From Gnetum montanum (Eukaryota; Plantae; Gnetophyta): DNA of 64,000 bases. Positions 23,875-37,698 of the stretch are shown here, in pieces. The translations under genes and the position numbers were made by a program. Each line of letters begins with the position of its first letter. The stretch's first letter is position 1. The notes beneath the pieces are model-generated. The model did not search any database and was not told the DNA's origin. It worked only from the letters and a program-made list of their open reading frames with translations. The stretch covers positions 9,900 through 73,899 of the forward strand of contig MNCI01003375.1 of NCBI GenBank assembly GCA_015680685.1, written 5' to 3'.

Positions 23875-25350
23875 TAGCAAACACATACTCATATTTAGTT
23901 TATTTCATAACCATTGAGTTTATTTGGAGGTATCTGGGCCTTAGTGTTGCTAGAAGGCTAGCAAGCACCTAAACCTTATTTTAAGGAACACCTTCGTTTC
24001 CCATGACTCCAAAGTCATGAGGTCGAAGGCAAAAATGTTGGCAGTCCCAAATAGTTTCCAACAAAACCATCTAACCCAAGTGTACATGGAATAGATGGGA
24101 TTTTTCATTTCCAACCCAACGTAGTCACCACAAAACCTAGCATAAATGTAGCATTGGAATTAATGGGATTTTCTATTTTGGAATTGGCAACATTTTCCAT
24201 TTTGGAATTGGTGACATTTTTCATTTCTATTACCATTTCAATTTTCCTAGCAGTGGCCAATGTAGTTACCCCAAGCCTTCAACAATTGCAGCATGGCTAG
24301 CATAGACAACATTTTCCATGGTTTCCACATTTCCTATGGTTTCCAACATTTCCCATAATTTCTAGTAGTTTCTGCACTTGCCAACATTTTCCAACATTTT
24401 CAAAAATTTTCCAATATTTCCAACATTTTCCAACAACTTCAACATAGTCCACCAAGACTAGCATAGTTGGGATGGTGTCAGTGTAGTCACAAAATTTTTT
24501 TTAGTATCTATAATAAACAAATAGGATTTGGTGGTTGTAGTGTATTAAGACTTACTATAAATGGCAACTATGTTGAAAGGTGTAACCATTACCACCTACA
24601 AATTGACATTAATCTATCAGTAATCATGATAGTGATGTGTAAGCCCTAAAATAAGCAATTCCAACCATATAAAAATGCAATGTAGATACTTTATTCGGTT
24701 TCCAATTTTTGAGCATTTCCCATAGCCTAAAAAGCATTTTTCAACCAAGAGCCCTTGCAACCTTGCAACCCCTTTGGTAGTAGAAACTAGTAGCTACATT
24801 GGGCATAGTGACTCCCATGTAATACCATTACAGCAAAGGTTGAACGTAAACATGTAACCACAAATTATTGATCTCGATGGAAACTAGTGCAAAGTTGCTA
24901 GAAACTAGAGCTAGGAAGCATCTGGATCATGAAGTTCCAAGTGTAGACCATAGGCTCTAATGGACTTCAAACTCCTTCAAGAAACTTCTTGTGCACTTAG
25001 CACAAAATCTATACTTCTTGAACTTGCAACTTTATTTTCCATTGTAATAAAATAGTAGCTTATTGTTATTTAGATCTGATTTTAGGTTTTTATTTTTGTG
25101 TCCTTTTCCATTCCAAACCTACAATTCCATTTCCACTTACATTTTTGTTTTTGTTTATGTCTACATTTTCATTTTTGTCTACATTTATGTGGCTATTTAA
25201 CACTTTCATAAGTCCCTAAGTGATTGGCCAAATAGTCCAGGGTGCCTTGGATTTCATTTCTCGAGGCCCTTAGGATCTGAAGCTCAAACTATTTCAGCAT
25301 CTAGGATATTCTAATTTTTGTTCTAGTAATTAAATTTTCTAGGTCCAACA
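23875..25350 (+). repeat. LTR of the Tat A family (left boundary approximate)
   Basis: Last ~150 bp (25200-25350, ending TCCAACA) align with the end of the solo LTR (19345-19490); TATA CTATAAAT near 24555; carries A-family half-sites (CAACGTAGTCA near 24117, AGTGTAGTCA near 24480). Confidence 0.75.
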
Positions 25351-27420
25351 GTACCAAGTATCCTATTTCAAAGAATTTTGACTCCACATAGGATATTTAT
25401 ATTCTTTATCAATGACTTTTTTACAATCATCATCACAGATTTCAATAGCCTTTTCCCATGACTTCTTATTCATTTCTCTATCCTTTCTATTTACTAGATA
25501 TCTTGTAGCTTTAAGTTTTGCATTATTCTAGTAATATAGTTGCACCTTTGGCAAAGTCCATTTAAGCCAATCAATGCAACAGTATTTCCTATTTTTGATA
25601 TATCTTAAGAATTTCTCTTTTAAAAATTTATGATAGGACTCCATAGCATTATTTTTGTGTTGTTGAGAATGTGGAATATCATGATAGGCTTTTGTCCACA
25701 TCCCTGATAAATGAACGTCTGAGCCCATAGTAACAAAATGACAATGGAACATACAATCTAAATTTGTTACTATTGTTTTTGCAACATCAAATAAATATAT
25801 ACTTATGAAATTTATCTATATCTATTCATTGGCTCTTTAGGTAACTAATGAAATGAACGTTTTGTTGATGCTCATTAACAAACTTCTTGATTTCCAAAAC
25901 AAAATCCATAGGATTTTTGCATTCATTCATAATAAAGTTTAGATGTGTTGCTATTTATTTTCTTGTTGTTGAATCTCTAACCTTTGTTGCCAAGTTCTTC
26001 CTCCATGCCCTCCAAACATGCCAAATGCATAGAAAAATACAACAACCAAATACAGACCTAAAGATTTTAGATAATGTTGCACATTCAATTTTGATGTCTT
26101 CATTTTTTGAAATCAACTTTAAAATTATACAATAAATTTTAGTGTTTTAACTATTACCTTACTACATTCATTCTAGCTTTTGAACCATCTAGCATGAAAG
26201 CATTTATTGTCCATTGTGGCTTTCGAGACTTGCATCTTCTCATCAATTCAAAAAGCCAAGTTGTGACATCCTTCTCTGTACATCTAGAGGAGATCACCCA
26301 TGCTACAAGTAGTCCATTGTAGTATGAATCAAAAGCCATGACTATGTGAAGATGGAGCTATTTAGAAAAATATCCTCTTTATTAGAAAAATAAACCAATT
26401 GCAAAACAGAATTTTTTTATATCCAAAATTCTACTTACTACATATTTGATGGTGTTGAAGTTTGAATCCATAGCAAGTATGATGTTTTAAAATAGACCTA
26501 TCATCTTTTTCAACATCCATGGTGATTGCAACCTGATGATTGTTTGGATAGACTATTTGATGTTCTCCTCTTGATAGTAAAAGAAAAAATATGTGGTGCT
26601 TTCTTACCATAGGCCTGTACTAATTTTCCCATGCTCATCTTTTTTGTATTTTGGTGTAAGATCTTTGCAAATATTATAAATGTCCTTTTTAGAAGAAACA
26701 TGTTTCTTTTTCATGATACTTTGAATTCTTTCCCATCATTGAACAGATCTTTAATATATCTCTCATAAATCATATCTACTAGAAATTCTTCATTCCATAA
26801 TGACACTATCTTTTGATGTATCTCAGGGGAAATATGTATTAACTGAGCATCTCTTCTATCTGACATGGAACCATGCAAGCCATGACTATAATCTTATGAA
26901 GTGTCAACATGATTCATTTATTTATATATAGTGCATGCAACATGGTCAACACCACACATAATGCAAACTATGAAATTACATTGACAACCAATCTTTCTAC
27001 CAATCATGTTTCTTTTTCTTCTTTCCTTAGGTACCACCCCTATAGTAATATTTAGGTCATATGAAAAATGATAACTAATTGATGTAAATGCATGGATATT
27101 AGAGAGTACTCTAATAATATAAATATTTAATAAACATTGTTAATGATATCAAAAATTCAAGAAAACCTACCATGTACAACAAGTGTAGTGGTTTGATTGG
27201 GAGCAAGTTTTCTTTTCCCATTTCTGTTTGTTTTTGTTCCTATAGAAAACTTCACAAGGAAACATTTCATTTTTCTATTTGTGTACAATGAAATCATCCA
27301 CTCTTTCTCTATATATCCAAGCAAAGACATCATCGGAAAAATATAACCATCTTATTTAATTTTTTTAAAAAGGGCCAATTGGTGACTCTTGTATTTCATC
27401 TTGCCATGTTGATTCCTAAA
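25351..27420 (-). pseudogene. Intron-containing MULE-type transposase pseudogene related to plant SWIM-finger proteins of the At1g60560/At4g13970 type; 3' end cut by the LTR
   Basis: FAWIYRERVDDFI, KKIGCQCNFIV, NHVD, AMDSNFNTIKY, AFDSYYNGLLVAWVISSR..WTINAFMLD, FLCIWHVWRAWRKNL, NNAMESYHKFLKEKFL..IDWL; GT-AG introns at about 26061-26157, 26360-26435 and 25760-25810. Confidence 0.8.
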
Positions 27421-27789
27421 AACCAGCATGCTCTCACCTTCCTCGCATCTAAATGAAATTTTTTTTGGTCACTAACTCAAACAACAATTCCAGAATCTAC
27501 AAACTATGTAATCAACAAACACAACTTGTAAAGTAAAAGAAACATGCAAACATACCTTAAAAATCAACACAAATCTTATTTGTGATAATTGTCTTATACT
27601 AGCTACAATGTTGTAATAAAAAACTTAGGTTTCTTGTTTTGGTTCATTTTGGAAATAAATAATAGTTTTTAGGTAAGTGTGAACTATTGCATCACACAAC
27701 AACATGCAAAATAAAAATATGAAACTATGATTTACTATGAATCATAGTGCACTCACAAGAAGATGTAGATGTCTTTAAACAACTTCTGA

Positions 27790-29965
27790 CAAAGTGTGAG
27801 GGGGTGCATCTACCAGCCATTCTGTAGGAATTTCTAAAAGTACACCAACTACTAAAAGCATACATTCACTCTTTCATAGATTCTTTCGATGGAGTGGATG
27901 ACTTCCAACCATATTTTGCCTCAGATTACAAGGGAATGCTATTAGTAATGCCCTCATAAGGGCCTCTAAAAAGCCTACCAGCTACCAGAAGCATACATTC
28001 AATCTTCCATAGATGCTTCCAGTGGTGTGAACAAGTTCCAGCCTAATTTTCCAATGGACTGTGAATGACTACTACTAGCAATGAGCTTGCAGGCATCTCT
28101 AAAAAGCATTATGCTTTCAATGGTCTACAATTAAGCTTTTGAATCATAGATACGATTCTATTAAGCTTGTTTCAAAGTGTGTGAGGGGGTGCATCTAGCA
28201 ACCTACCCATAGGTGATTCTAAAAGCCCACTAGCTATCAGAAGCATGCATCCACTCTTACATAGATGCTTCTACTATGAGTGCACTACTATGCACTTGTA
28301 GGAGACATCTAAAATCATCATGCTTCATATGATATAGACTTACTTGGAAATCACAACTTCTAGATAACTTTCCTATTTTTGAAGATCTTTTTTCAAAGAG
28401 TGTATGGAAGTGCATATAATAGCCAACCCATAGGTGATTCTAGAAGCATGCATTTACTTTTGCATAGATGCTTTTGATAGCATGAAAGGTTTCTAGCATA
28501 ATTTTACAACTGACTGTGAGTGATTTCTACTAGCAGTGAGCTTGTAGGAGCATCTAGAAAGTGTTATGCTTCCAGTGATCTGCACTTACTTGAAAATCAC
28601 AACTTCCAAATAATAAACCCATTTTTGAAGAGCTTTTCTTATAGAGTGCGAGGGAGTACATGTAGCAACCAACCCATAGGTGATTCGAAAAGTCCACCAA
28701 CTACTAGAAGCACTATGTATGCTTCTAGTAGTGTGGAAGGCTTCTAGTATATTTTTAAAGCTAACTACAAGGGACTGCTACTAGCAGTGAGCTTGAAGGG
28801 ACCTTCAAAAAGCATTTTGGTTCCAATGAGATTCACTTACTTGGAAATTACAACTTTAAAATAATGAATGTGCTTTTGTTGAGCTTTTTTCAAAGACTAT
28901 GGGGGGTCCGTCTAGCGGCCTACCTATAGGCAATTCTAGAAGCCCACCAGCTACTAGAAGAACTCTTGCATAGATTTTTTTGGTGGCATGAAAGGCTTCT
29001 ATCATATTTTTACAACTAACTATGAGGGACTATTACTACTAGTGATCTCGTAGGGGCCTCTAGAAAGTATTATTCTTCTAGTGATCTACACTTACTTGGA
29101 AATCTTAACTTCTGGAAAACAGACACACTTTCATTAATCTTTTTTTAAAGAGTGCAAGAGGATGCATCCAATAGCCAACCTGTAGGATATTTTGAAAGTC
29201 CTCTAACTACTAAAAGTACACATTCACTTGTGCATAGATGCTTTTGATGGTGTGGAATATTCTAGCATATTTTTACAACTTACTCTAAGGGACTACTACT
29301 AGCAGTGAGCTCACAAGGGCCTCCGAAAAGCATTTTTCTTTCATTTATCTACACTTACTTGGAAAGCGTAGCTTTTGGATAATAAATGCACTTCCATTTA
29401 CCTTTTTTAAACGAGTGCAAGGGGGTGCATCTAGCAGCTTGCTCATAGGTGATTCTGAAATCCCACTAGCTACAAGAAGCACACATTCACTCTTGCATAG
29501 ATGCTTCCGATGGTGCAGAAGGATTCTAGCATTTTTTAAAAAAATGGATTGTGAGGGATTACTACTATTCATGAGCTGGCAGGGTCCTCTGGAAAGTGTT
29601 TTGCTTTTGGTAATCTACACTTACTTGGAAATTGCAACTTCCAAATACTAGATGCAATTCCTGATATCTTTTTCCAAAGAGTGTGAGGGGGTGCATCTAA
29701 CAACCAACATGCAATGAATTTTGAAAGTCCACAACTCCAAAAGCACACATTCTTTCTTGCATAGATGCTTTCAATGGCATGAAAGACTTCCAACAATATT
29801 TTACCTTAGACTACAAGGGACTACTAGTAGTAGTGCCTATGTAGGAAGGTCTAGAAAGCATTATACTTTTGATTATCTACACTTGGAAATCACAACTTCT
29901 AGATAACATATGGACTTCTAGAGAGCTTTTCCAAAGACCAGTCTAGAAGGGGCTTCCAGAAGTCC
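27790..29965. repeat. Diverged tandem array, ~220-265-bp unit, about 8 copies
   Basis: Anchor GAGTGYGAGGGGGTGCATCTAGC recurs near 27794, 28178, 28399, 28643, 28897, 29149, 29413 and 29679; ATCTACACTTACTTGGAAAT and CATAGATGCTTC recur with the same period. Confidence 0.9.
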
Positions 29966-31303
29966 TATTTTTCAATGTGTTATGATGGACTATGATTGGT
30001 GCTAGTCTCGCAGTTTCTGTTGTGAGGACATGTAGCTAGCATTTCTTTATGTTGATACATGTGTAATGGAATACCCATGATGATGATAGAACATCATGCA
30101 TGCTAATCATGATTTCATCTTTACATACATCATATTGATGAAAAACCACCAACCATATCATAGGTTCCTTTATATCCTAAACAAAACAAACATAACCATG
30201 TCTCAGGGTTCGTAATTCATACTAATAAATCTACCAAATCTTTGGTTTATTTAATAAATATGCCTTGGGAACTCTAATTATATGTGCATTGTTTGTCTTG
30301 GGGTAGTTGACTGATAAGAGATTTGTGGATTTGGTTGGGATCAAGATTTTCTATACATTGGTGGTTGTTTTTCATGTGGTTTGTCTAGTTTGATAAACCT
30401 CAATGACATTTGTAATTCTTATTATTCTAACGATTTGTTTTATTTTAAGAGAATACACCATTGCATGATCATGTGTTATCTACCTACAAAGAGAAATGTA
30501 TTTAAAAGTGGTTTTATTGTAATCTTTTGTAATTCATTTGAAGTATTTTATTGGCTATATGTGTTGAGATATATTATAGTCAAATTATTTTGGGTTCAAG
30601 GTTTGCAATGCTACCTTAGCCACCTAGCACCTCGCATATTTTTTGAGGCTATGTAGAGATTTTTTTGAGGCTATGCAGAGGATTAGAGGCTATGCTAAGG
30701 GTTTTCCAGGTTTTTTCAAAGGGTTAGATATGGCACTAGTTATTAAGTTTGAAATGTAGGAGATTACCACTTAACTAAAAACCTCACTTGAAATGGTGAA
30801 AAACTCTTAAAGATAGGTAGGAAACTATTAATCAAAATTAAAAAATGATGTCTAAGTGAATGTAGGAATAGAGAAAAAACATTGGAAAAGAAAACGATGC
30901 TAATGAGAGAAAAAACAATAGTGATGGATCAACATAATAGTAACTTTGAAAATCTTGGTCATACCATGAACATTGTAGTTGCAAAGCAAGAGGTAATGTC
31001 TGATCAACTAGAAGCTATGATGACACAACAACAAATAATAGTTGAATAGATTACAAAGCAAAAAATAATGAGTAAAACTTTGAACCTTGAATCAAATCAA
31101 AAAACTATATGATCTATGATTGCAAAGAAAGAAACAATTATTGAAGCAATTCCTTAACATGTTGAAGCTTTGTCTAATTTAATAAAGGAACAATAAGAAA
31201 AAAGAAAAAGAGCAAAAAGGATAATTTAAAAAATTTTGTTCATTATATTATAACAAAAATAATATACCTTCACATCTTGCCTAATACAACCTTAGATGCT
31301 TAT

Positions 31304-32157
31304 TGATAAAACCATATAATATGCAAGCTAAGATATCATAGCTATGCATACATCATCATAGATGCAATATAATCGACCATGGTCATGCCTATAAATACCA
31401 ACCTATCATTACATTGAAACAACAACTTTTAACCAGCACTTAGAAAAATTCTTGCAATTTATTTCTATGACTTAGAGTTAAAGTTAGAGTGAATTCCCAC
31501 AATGTAGTGAACTATAGTTATATCAAATCTTTAGTCTAGGGGATTGTTCCTAGACATAATTCATGCATGGCAATAAAGATCGAGATTTTTTGTCATCATT
31601 GTAGCATTTCACTTAGCATAATCTTAATTTTTATCATGTTTACTTTTATTAAGTCATTTATATTTTTTAAGTTATTTTACATTTCAATGTCTCTTAGGAA
31701 GGTAGAATAAGTATGCCTGGTTTCAAGTGTAAAGTGTAACTACATGATAACCCAATAGTAACTCTTCTTGATTTTCTTAGTAGTAAAGTTACTTGGTAAT
31801 TCCAATAACAATTGCATCAACCCAAGATGTATACAGTAATCTAGGAATGGTTACTTATCATCAATAGGATAGAATAGCTTTATATCTTGATTGCACTTAG
31901 ATTTAGAATTTATAATCATCTTTACCATGTTAGCACTTAGCACATTCAAAGCTAAACAACATCAATATATCATATACCTCACTAAGAGTTAAACCATATG
32001 ATTTGCACCTCACTAACTCTAAGTGAGAAGACAATGATCAAAAACTTAACATCAACTAGTAGTATACTTACATTTCCCATTTTTGGGTCATAATGTAGTT
32101 GCATATGAATACATGTGACTTGTATGGTCGAGTGTTTGAATACTCAATAACTTATCA
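31304..32157 (+). repeat. 5' LTR of the degenerate Athila element
   Basis: TGAT...CTTATCA; CCTATAAATA near 31389; CATATACCTC, GAAGACAA and GTATGGTCGAGTGT blocks shared with the LTR at 2871-3860; followed by a badly decayed PBS-like sequence. Confidence 0.7.
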
Positions 32158-33229
32158 TTGCTATGATTATTAGGGATGTGTTAATGTTTGCTAGTTAACT
32201 GATTTTACAAAGTTTGTTATATCAAGCATCACAAAGTACATATTTCATAGTTAGAAGAATTTCTCAAATGTATACACTTAAGCTTCAAACACTTAATATG
32301 AATTCTACAACTAAAGAAAAATTCCCACCTGCTATTGAATTTTATGAAGTCATGACATAGAGTATAATGAAGACGATTGGAGTGCACAAATGCAAACTAG
32401 GATTTCCTATGCTCATATTGATCCTTATTATCTTGATTTTACATTTATTTTTCACTAAGATGAACAACTTAGATGAAGAGATCTACAAGATAACATTGTC
32501 TTGTCACTTGAATGTTTAGCACCATCAATTATTCAAGCAGCCCTTATGAGGTCAAACCTTAGTCATGTACATGAAGGCTATTAAGTCACCAAAAACATGA
32601 CTAGGACATGTTATCCAATGGAAGCTCAAGCAAGAAGGAATGCCAATATGGAGGAAAGGTATGATCATGAAAAATGAAAGAAGGTACCTCAAATAGTTGT
32701 CCTAGAAGAAAAGGAAGATATTGTATTTCAAACTAAGAAACTTTATCAAACTCATGGGTCCCATTTCCAAACACCAATCATTTGCATTAAAGATCCCGCT
32801 AAGATAAACCTGCATTCAACTCTTGTAGAAACCTTGAGAAGAAATAAGGACTCTAGAATTAGGAGGAATTTAAGATCTAAAACCTTCAATAGGTCTAAAA
32901 GAGATGAATTAAGAAGTCAAAGAAGAAGAACTAGCTAGCATCATTCTCCAACTCCTTCATCTTCTTCCTCACATTTGTCTACAGATGCTAGCAAGAGAGA
33001 ATGAAGACTAAGGGATCATGATGAGGGAAGAAGGAAAAACCATGAGAGACATGGACATAGAAGAAGGCATCTTGATGAGCAAAAAGATAATCATGAAAAA
33101 AGGGTAGAAAGAAATAGACATGAGGTGAGAAAGCATCATGAGCATCAGAAAAATCATCACTGCAATAGAGCTTAAGAAACCAAAGACTATGAAGAAGCCC
33201 TATTGGCCATTAACAACATGATCAACATT

Positions 33230-34660
33230 AGGAAAGCTATGTACATTCCTACCAGGCGTGTAAGGGACAATCACATCAAGCAACTAGACATGAATTACAT
33301 TCCAAAATTTGAAGGTGAATACAATGTAGACTCATAACATCGTATTTAAGTCTTCCATGATGTCTATGCCCTACAAAACATTGAAAACAATTGGTAGAAA
33401 TTGATATTGTTTTCTAGAACATTCATAAAGAAAGTAGAGAGCAGGTATAGATTCTTAGAACTAGAATCAATTTGAAGATGGAGTACCATGCTAGAACTCT
33501 TCAATAACAAGTATCAAACTTATTCCAAAGCGTCAAATCTAAGAAAACAAATCTAAGGATGGAAATAAGGGATACATGAATCCCTTGATGTGGCAATGGG
33601 TAGGTACTATTCCTTATTTCATAGGTGTTCAAGCCACAAATTTTTCCAAAGGAAAAAACTATGACACATCATTAATGGGCTAAGAAATAAGACAAAAGAG
33701 ATCCTTGGGGTATTTTCCTAAGCCTAATTATCCAAAATGACAACTAATCAAATTCAAAGACTCATAGACCAAGTGGCAAAAGAGGAAGGAGAGTTAAAGA
33801 AAAGAGAATCAATAGAAGAATATAACAAAGATCTAATAATTAAAAAATGGGATGTAAGAATATGTGAATTACAAGAAGAAGAAAGCTAAGAAAATAAAAT
33901 CCATCAAAAGGTTCTATTGATCTAGAAATTAGTTAATGACATTACAACAAAGGTAGAGAAAACATGAGATTTGGTAGATGAGAAATTTGCTACAGCACTA
34001 AAGATAGTAGAGGAAAGAACTAAAAAAGCCTTAAACAAAAGTAAGGACAACAAGAAAAAAAGAGACAATGAACGTGAGAACTACAAAAATAAAGGAAAAT
34101 TTATTGCAATGGAGGAAGTAATGGACTCTAGTTCTAAAAAGAAAAAAAAGATGTAAAGTGTGCCAATATGAACATCCTAAGCGATGTTGCCTTGTTATGG
34201 TCCACTTACAAGAGTTTGCAACATATGTACTTAATCCAAAATTTGTTAAAAAATAAATGCCCAAATGATTACCTTATCTATAAGGTAATTTCTGATAGCC
34301 ATAGCAACAATTGCACTATCTAAGTGAGGCTTATCCTCAACTACAAGAGTAATACTAGCAACAGTGGCAACAACCACAAGCATGGGGAATGCCACCACCA
34401 AGGCAACAGTATCCATACAACTAACCTAACCCCTATATACAACTCCCAATATTTTCGGGGAATACTTCTATCTATACTTCCTCTTCCGACTATCCACTAG
34501 AGTACCATAGACCTAGTACCTTACATGTGAATCTGAACTCTTACAACCCTAAAATCCTAACTAGCAATTGGTTCCTCATTCCAAGCTCCAAATACATTAC
34601 CACTAGTACCACTACTAGTTATGCAAGGAGAACTACAAAAATGGTCACAATAAAATAGTG
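33230..34660 (+). pseudogene. gag pseudogene
   Basis: IKQLDMNYIPKFEGEYNVD, YALQNIENNW, WSTMLELFNNKYQ, DQVAKEEGELKKRE: colinear with the gag at 16430-17858. Confidence 0.9.
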
Positions 34661-34789
34661 CTACTAGGGTAGTTACCACATAAGAGGATGTTTGGATAAG
34701 AAAACCAAGATAATTCTAAAAATTTTTTTCATTATAACAAAAATAATAAACCTATGAGGAACATCAAAAAGTAGATTTGCAATGGAGTT

Positions 34790-36520
34790 AAAGTATTTAT
34801 GGTTGATTTTTGACATATGGACTTGACTTCAAACAAACCTTAGATTGCTTAGATCAAGTTTTGAAAAGATGTGTTGAAACTAATTTGAAGCTCTTTTGGC
34901 AAAAGAGCCACTTAATGATCCAATACAATATAATTCTAGCACATAAGATATCTCGTACAGGGATCAAGGTAGATCCAAAAAAGATCAGAGTCATTCAAAA
35001 TATCACTCAAAGGCCACACACAATCGAAGACATTAGATTATTTCTTAGTCATATAGAATATTATAGGAGATCTACTGAAAACTTCACAAAGATTTGAAAA
35101 CCACTAATTGAACTAACAAAAAAAGATGCATCATTTCAATAGTCAGAACAATGTGAGAAATCATTCAAAATCCTAAAATAGAAACTGATCGAGACATCAA
35201 TCCTCTAAGCTCTAGATTGATCCAACCCTTTCCACATTATGATAGATGCTTTAAACTACACATTAGCAATAGTATTAACTCAACTTGGTGATCAGAAACA
35301 ACCCTATTGCATACACTATGCCAATCGAAGCATCATTAGGGCACAACTTTATTATACCACCACAAAAAAGGAGCTTCTGGCTATGATATAAGTACTTAAA
35401 ATATTCAAACATTATGTGCTCGGGTATCCCATCTATATCCATATTAATCACAATGCTATCAAGTTTCTAATGAATAAATCAATGATAAGTCCAAGAGTGA
35501 TAAGATGGCTCATTATCTTACAAGAATTTGACATTACAATGATTGATACAAAAGGAACTAAAAATTTTGTAGCTAATCACTTGTCAAGATTAAGATGGAA
35601 ACCTCAAGAAAATGAAGAACCATTATTAGATCAATTTCTCAAAAAAAATTTATTCACAAAAATAACAATGATATTAGACTCAACAGTGAAGTCATGGATC
35701 ACTGATTACATAACATATCTTACCACACATGAACTTCTAATTAAATGGGATAAGAAGCACATAGAATAATTTATTCATAGGGTAGAAACATATATAGAAA
35801 TCAAAGAAAACATTTACAAGATATATGCTGATTCATTGATAAGAGGTGTGTTTCGAAAGAAAATTAACAAAGAATCTTACAAGATGCACATGAAGGACCA
35901 TGTGATGATCACTATGCAAGATGGTGGACAACAATGAGATTGATGATGGTAGGCTACTTTTGGTGCATCATATTTAGGAATGCACATCGGTTTGCACAAT
36001 CTTGTGAAAGATGCCAAAGTAATGAAGGACCAACTACTAGAAATGAAAAATCACAATAGTAGATACAATCATTGGAACCCTATGATATTTGGTAAATTGA
36101 TTTTATGGGGTCCATCACACCAATGTCAAATGAAAATTTCTACCAATTCAAATAGAGTTAAATACCCTTGCAATTGGTAGCACCCTTAACCTAGATCTAA
36201 ACTTAGCTCAAAAAGAATGATTAATGAATCTCAACCTTTTAGATGAAAATCAGTTAATAGCTCAAATGAGTAACAAAGTCTATACGAAGTATTCCAAATG
36301 TAAACATGATGCTAAAATTAGACAACTGTCCATCAAGCCTATTGATAAAGTCCTTTATTATAACCCTAATCATGTTCGACAAAAGACTAAGTTTCAAACC
36401 TTATGGAAGGGAACTTATATCATCCATGCTACATATCAATCCAATGTTATGAAAATTTATCATCCAATGAACCCACAAAAAAATTTTCTTATCAATATTA
36501 AACATGTGAAATCATTTCTT
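34790..36520 (+). pseudogene. pol pseudogene (RT C-terminus, RNase H, internally deleted integrase)
   Basis: LDQVLKRCVETNLKLFWQKSH, GIKVDPKKI, PFHIMIDA, RVIRWLIILQEFDI..NFVANHLSRL, KFQTLWKGTY. Confidence 0.9.
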
Positions 36521-37698
36521 AATTTTGTCTACTCCTTTAAAGACTCTACCTTGCACATCAAACCATTCATCATCCATTTAATCTTTCAAGTCTCCACTCT
36601 TGATGGTAGTCATGGGGGTGTCAAGTTTGATACATAGGCACCAAATCTTCTTTTTATACTTTTCACATTTCTTGCTAGTTTTTACATTCTTTGGTATCTT
36701 TTCCACTCTTTTATACTTTTCACATTTCTTAATCATATTTCATTTTTTAATATCTTTCAAATTATTTATACGTTTTTCCTTTCTTATCGATTTCTCATTC
36801 TTCAATAATTTTTACTATTTTTCATGAACATATTTTTGTTGATTTTTCTAATAAAGTGCAAAGGAATAAAATAAGATATAGTTAAAATAATGAGAATTTC
36901 ACCCTATGTTATCGAATCATTAAAGGACTGATTGCGCATATAGTGAGACCGCATCATCCATCTACTTATTTACAATACTAAGAGGTTCTTACCATGGACA
37001 TAATGTTATTCTTTTCACAATAAAACTAAAATAAATTTGTGATTATTATGACTAGATATAAAAGTAAAGAACTATGTGGGAATAAAAAGGGTGTGACATT
37101 AAGAGGATTTTTGGATTCTCTAAAGCTACTACTATAAGTCTTATCATTTTGTTAAGTTGTATCATTTACTTAAGTTCTAACTAAAAATGGAAGTGTATTC
37201 TCAAATAAGTACTACCTTAACCATGTTACTAGAAAGACATGTTACCCATTCTTGAAGGTAGTCCTCTTGGAAGGTTAACACAGTAATAACCTAATAAATA
37301 CACATAATAAAAATTTCTAGAGGTTTCACTGGAAAGACATGTTACCCATGCCTGAAGGCACTCCTCTATCCAATGGTCAAGTTTCCTTTAAAAATACAAT
37401 GTGCTATTAATAAATTGCTTCCTTGAACTTTGTTTCCAAGTGTTAATATTCCTATAGTTGTGGTAGCCTTGTGGTTATTACTTTTGAGTTGATACAATGC
37501 GATATCACTCATAAGTGATATGAACTTGGTTTTGATCTTGGATAGAAATGTTAGTGATCATTGTAATCATGCATCATACATAGAATTCATTATTCCTATG
37601 TTAAGACATCTCATGTTTCATTTTCTATGACCCTTGCTACTTCCATTCTACATCAATATTATATACAATCATAATTTGATGATTTTGTATAATATATT

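Larger units (their letters stand above)
31304..37690 (+). mobile_element. Degenerate, internally deleted pol-containing Athila element related to the gag-PR-only family (3' end approximate; no 3' LTR)
   Basis: 5' LTR, gag, RT end, RH, partial INT; 3' UTR motif AAAGGGTGTGAC (near 37087) shared with 1430. Confidence 0.8.

Noticed and set aside
27790-29965. CRISPR-like repeat-spacer array
   Set aside because: Whole units are homologous to each other with no unique spacers, the context is eukaryotic and there are no cas genes.
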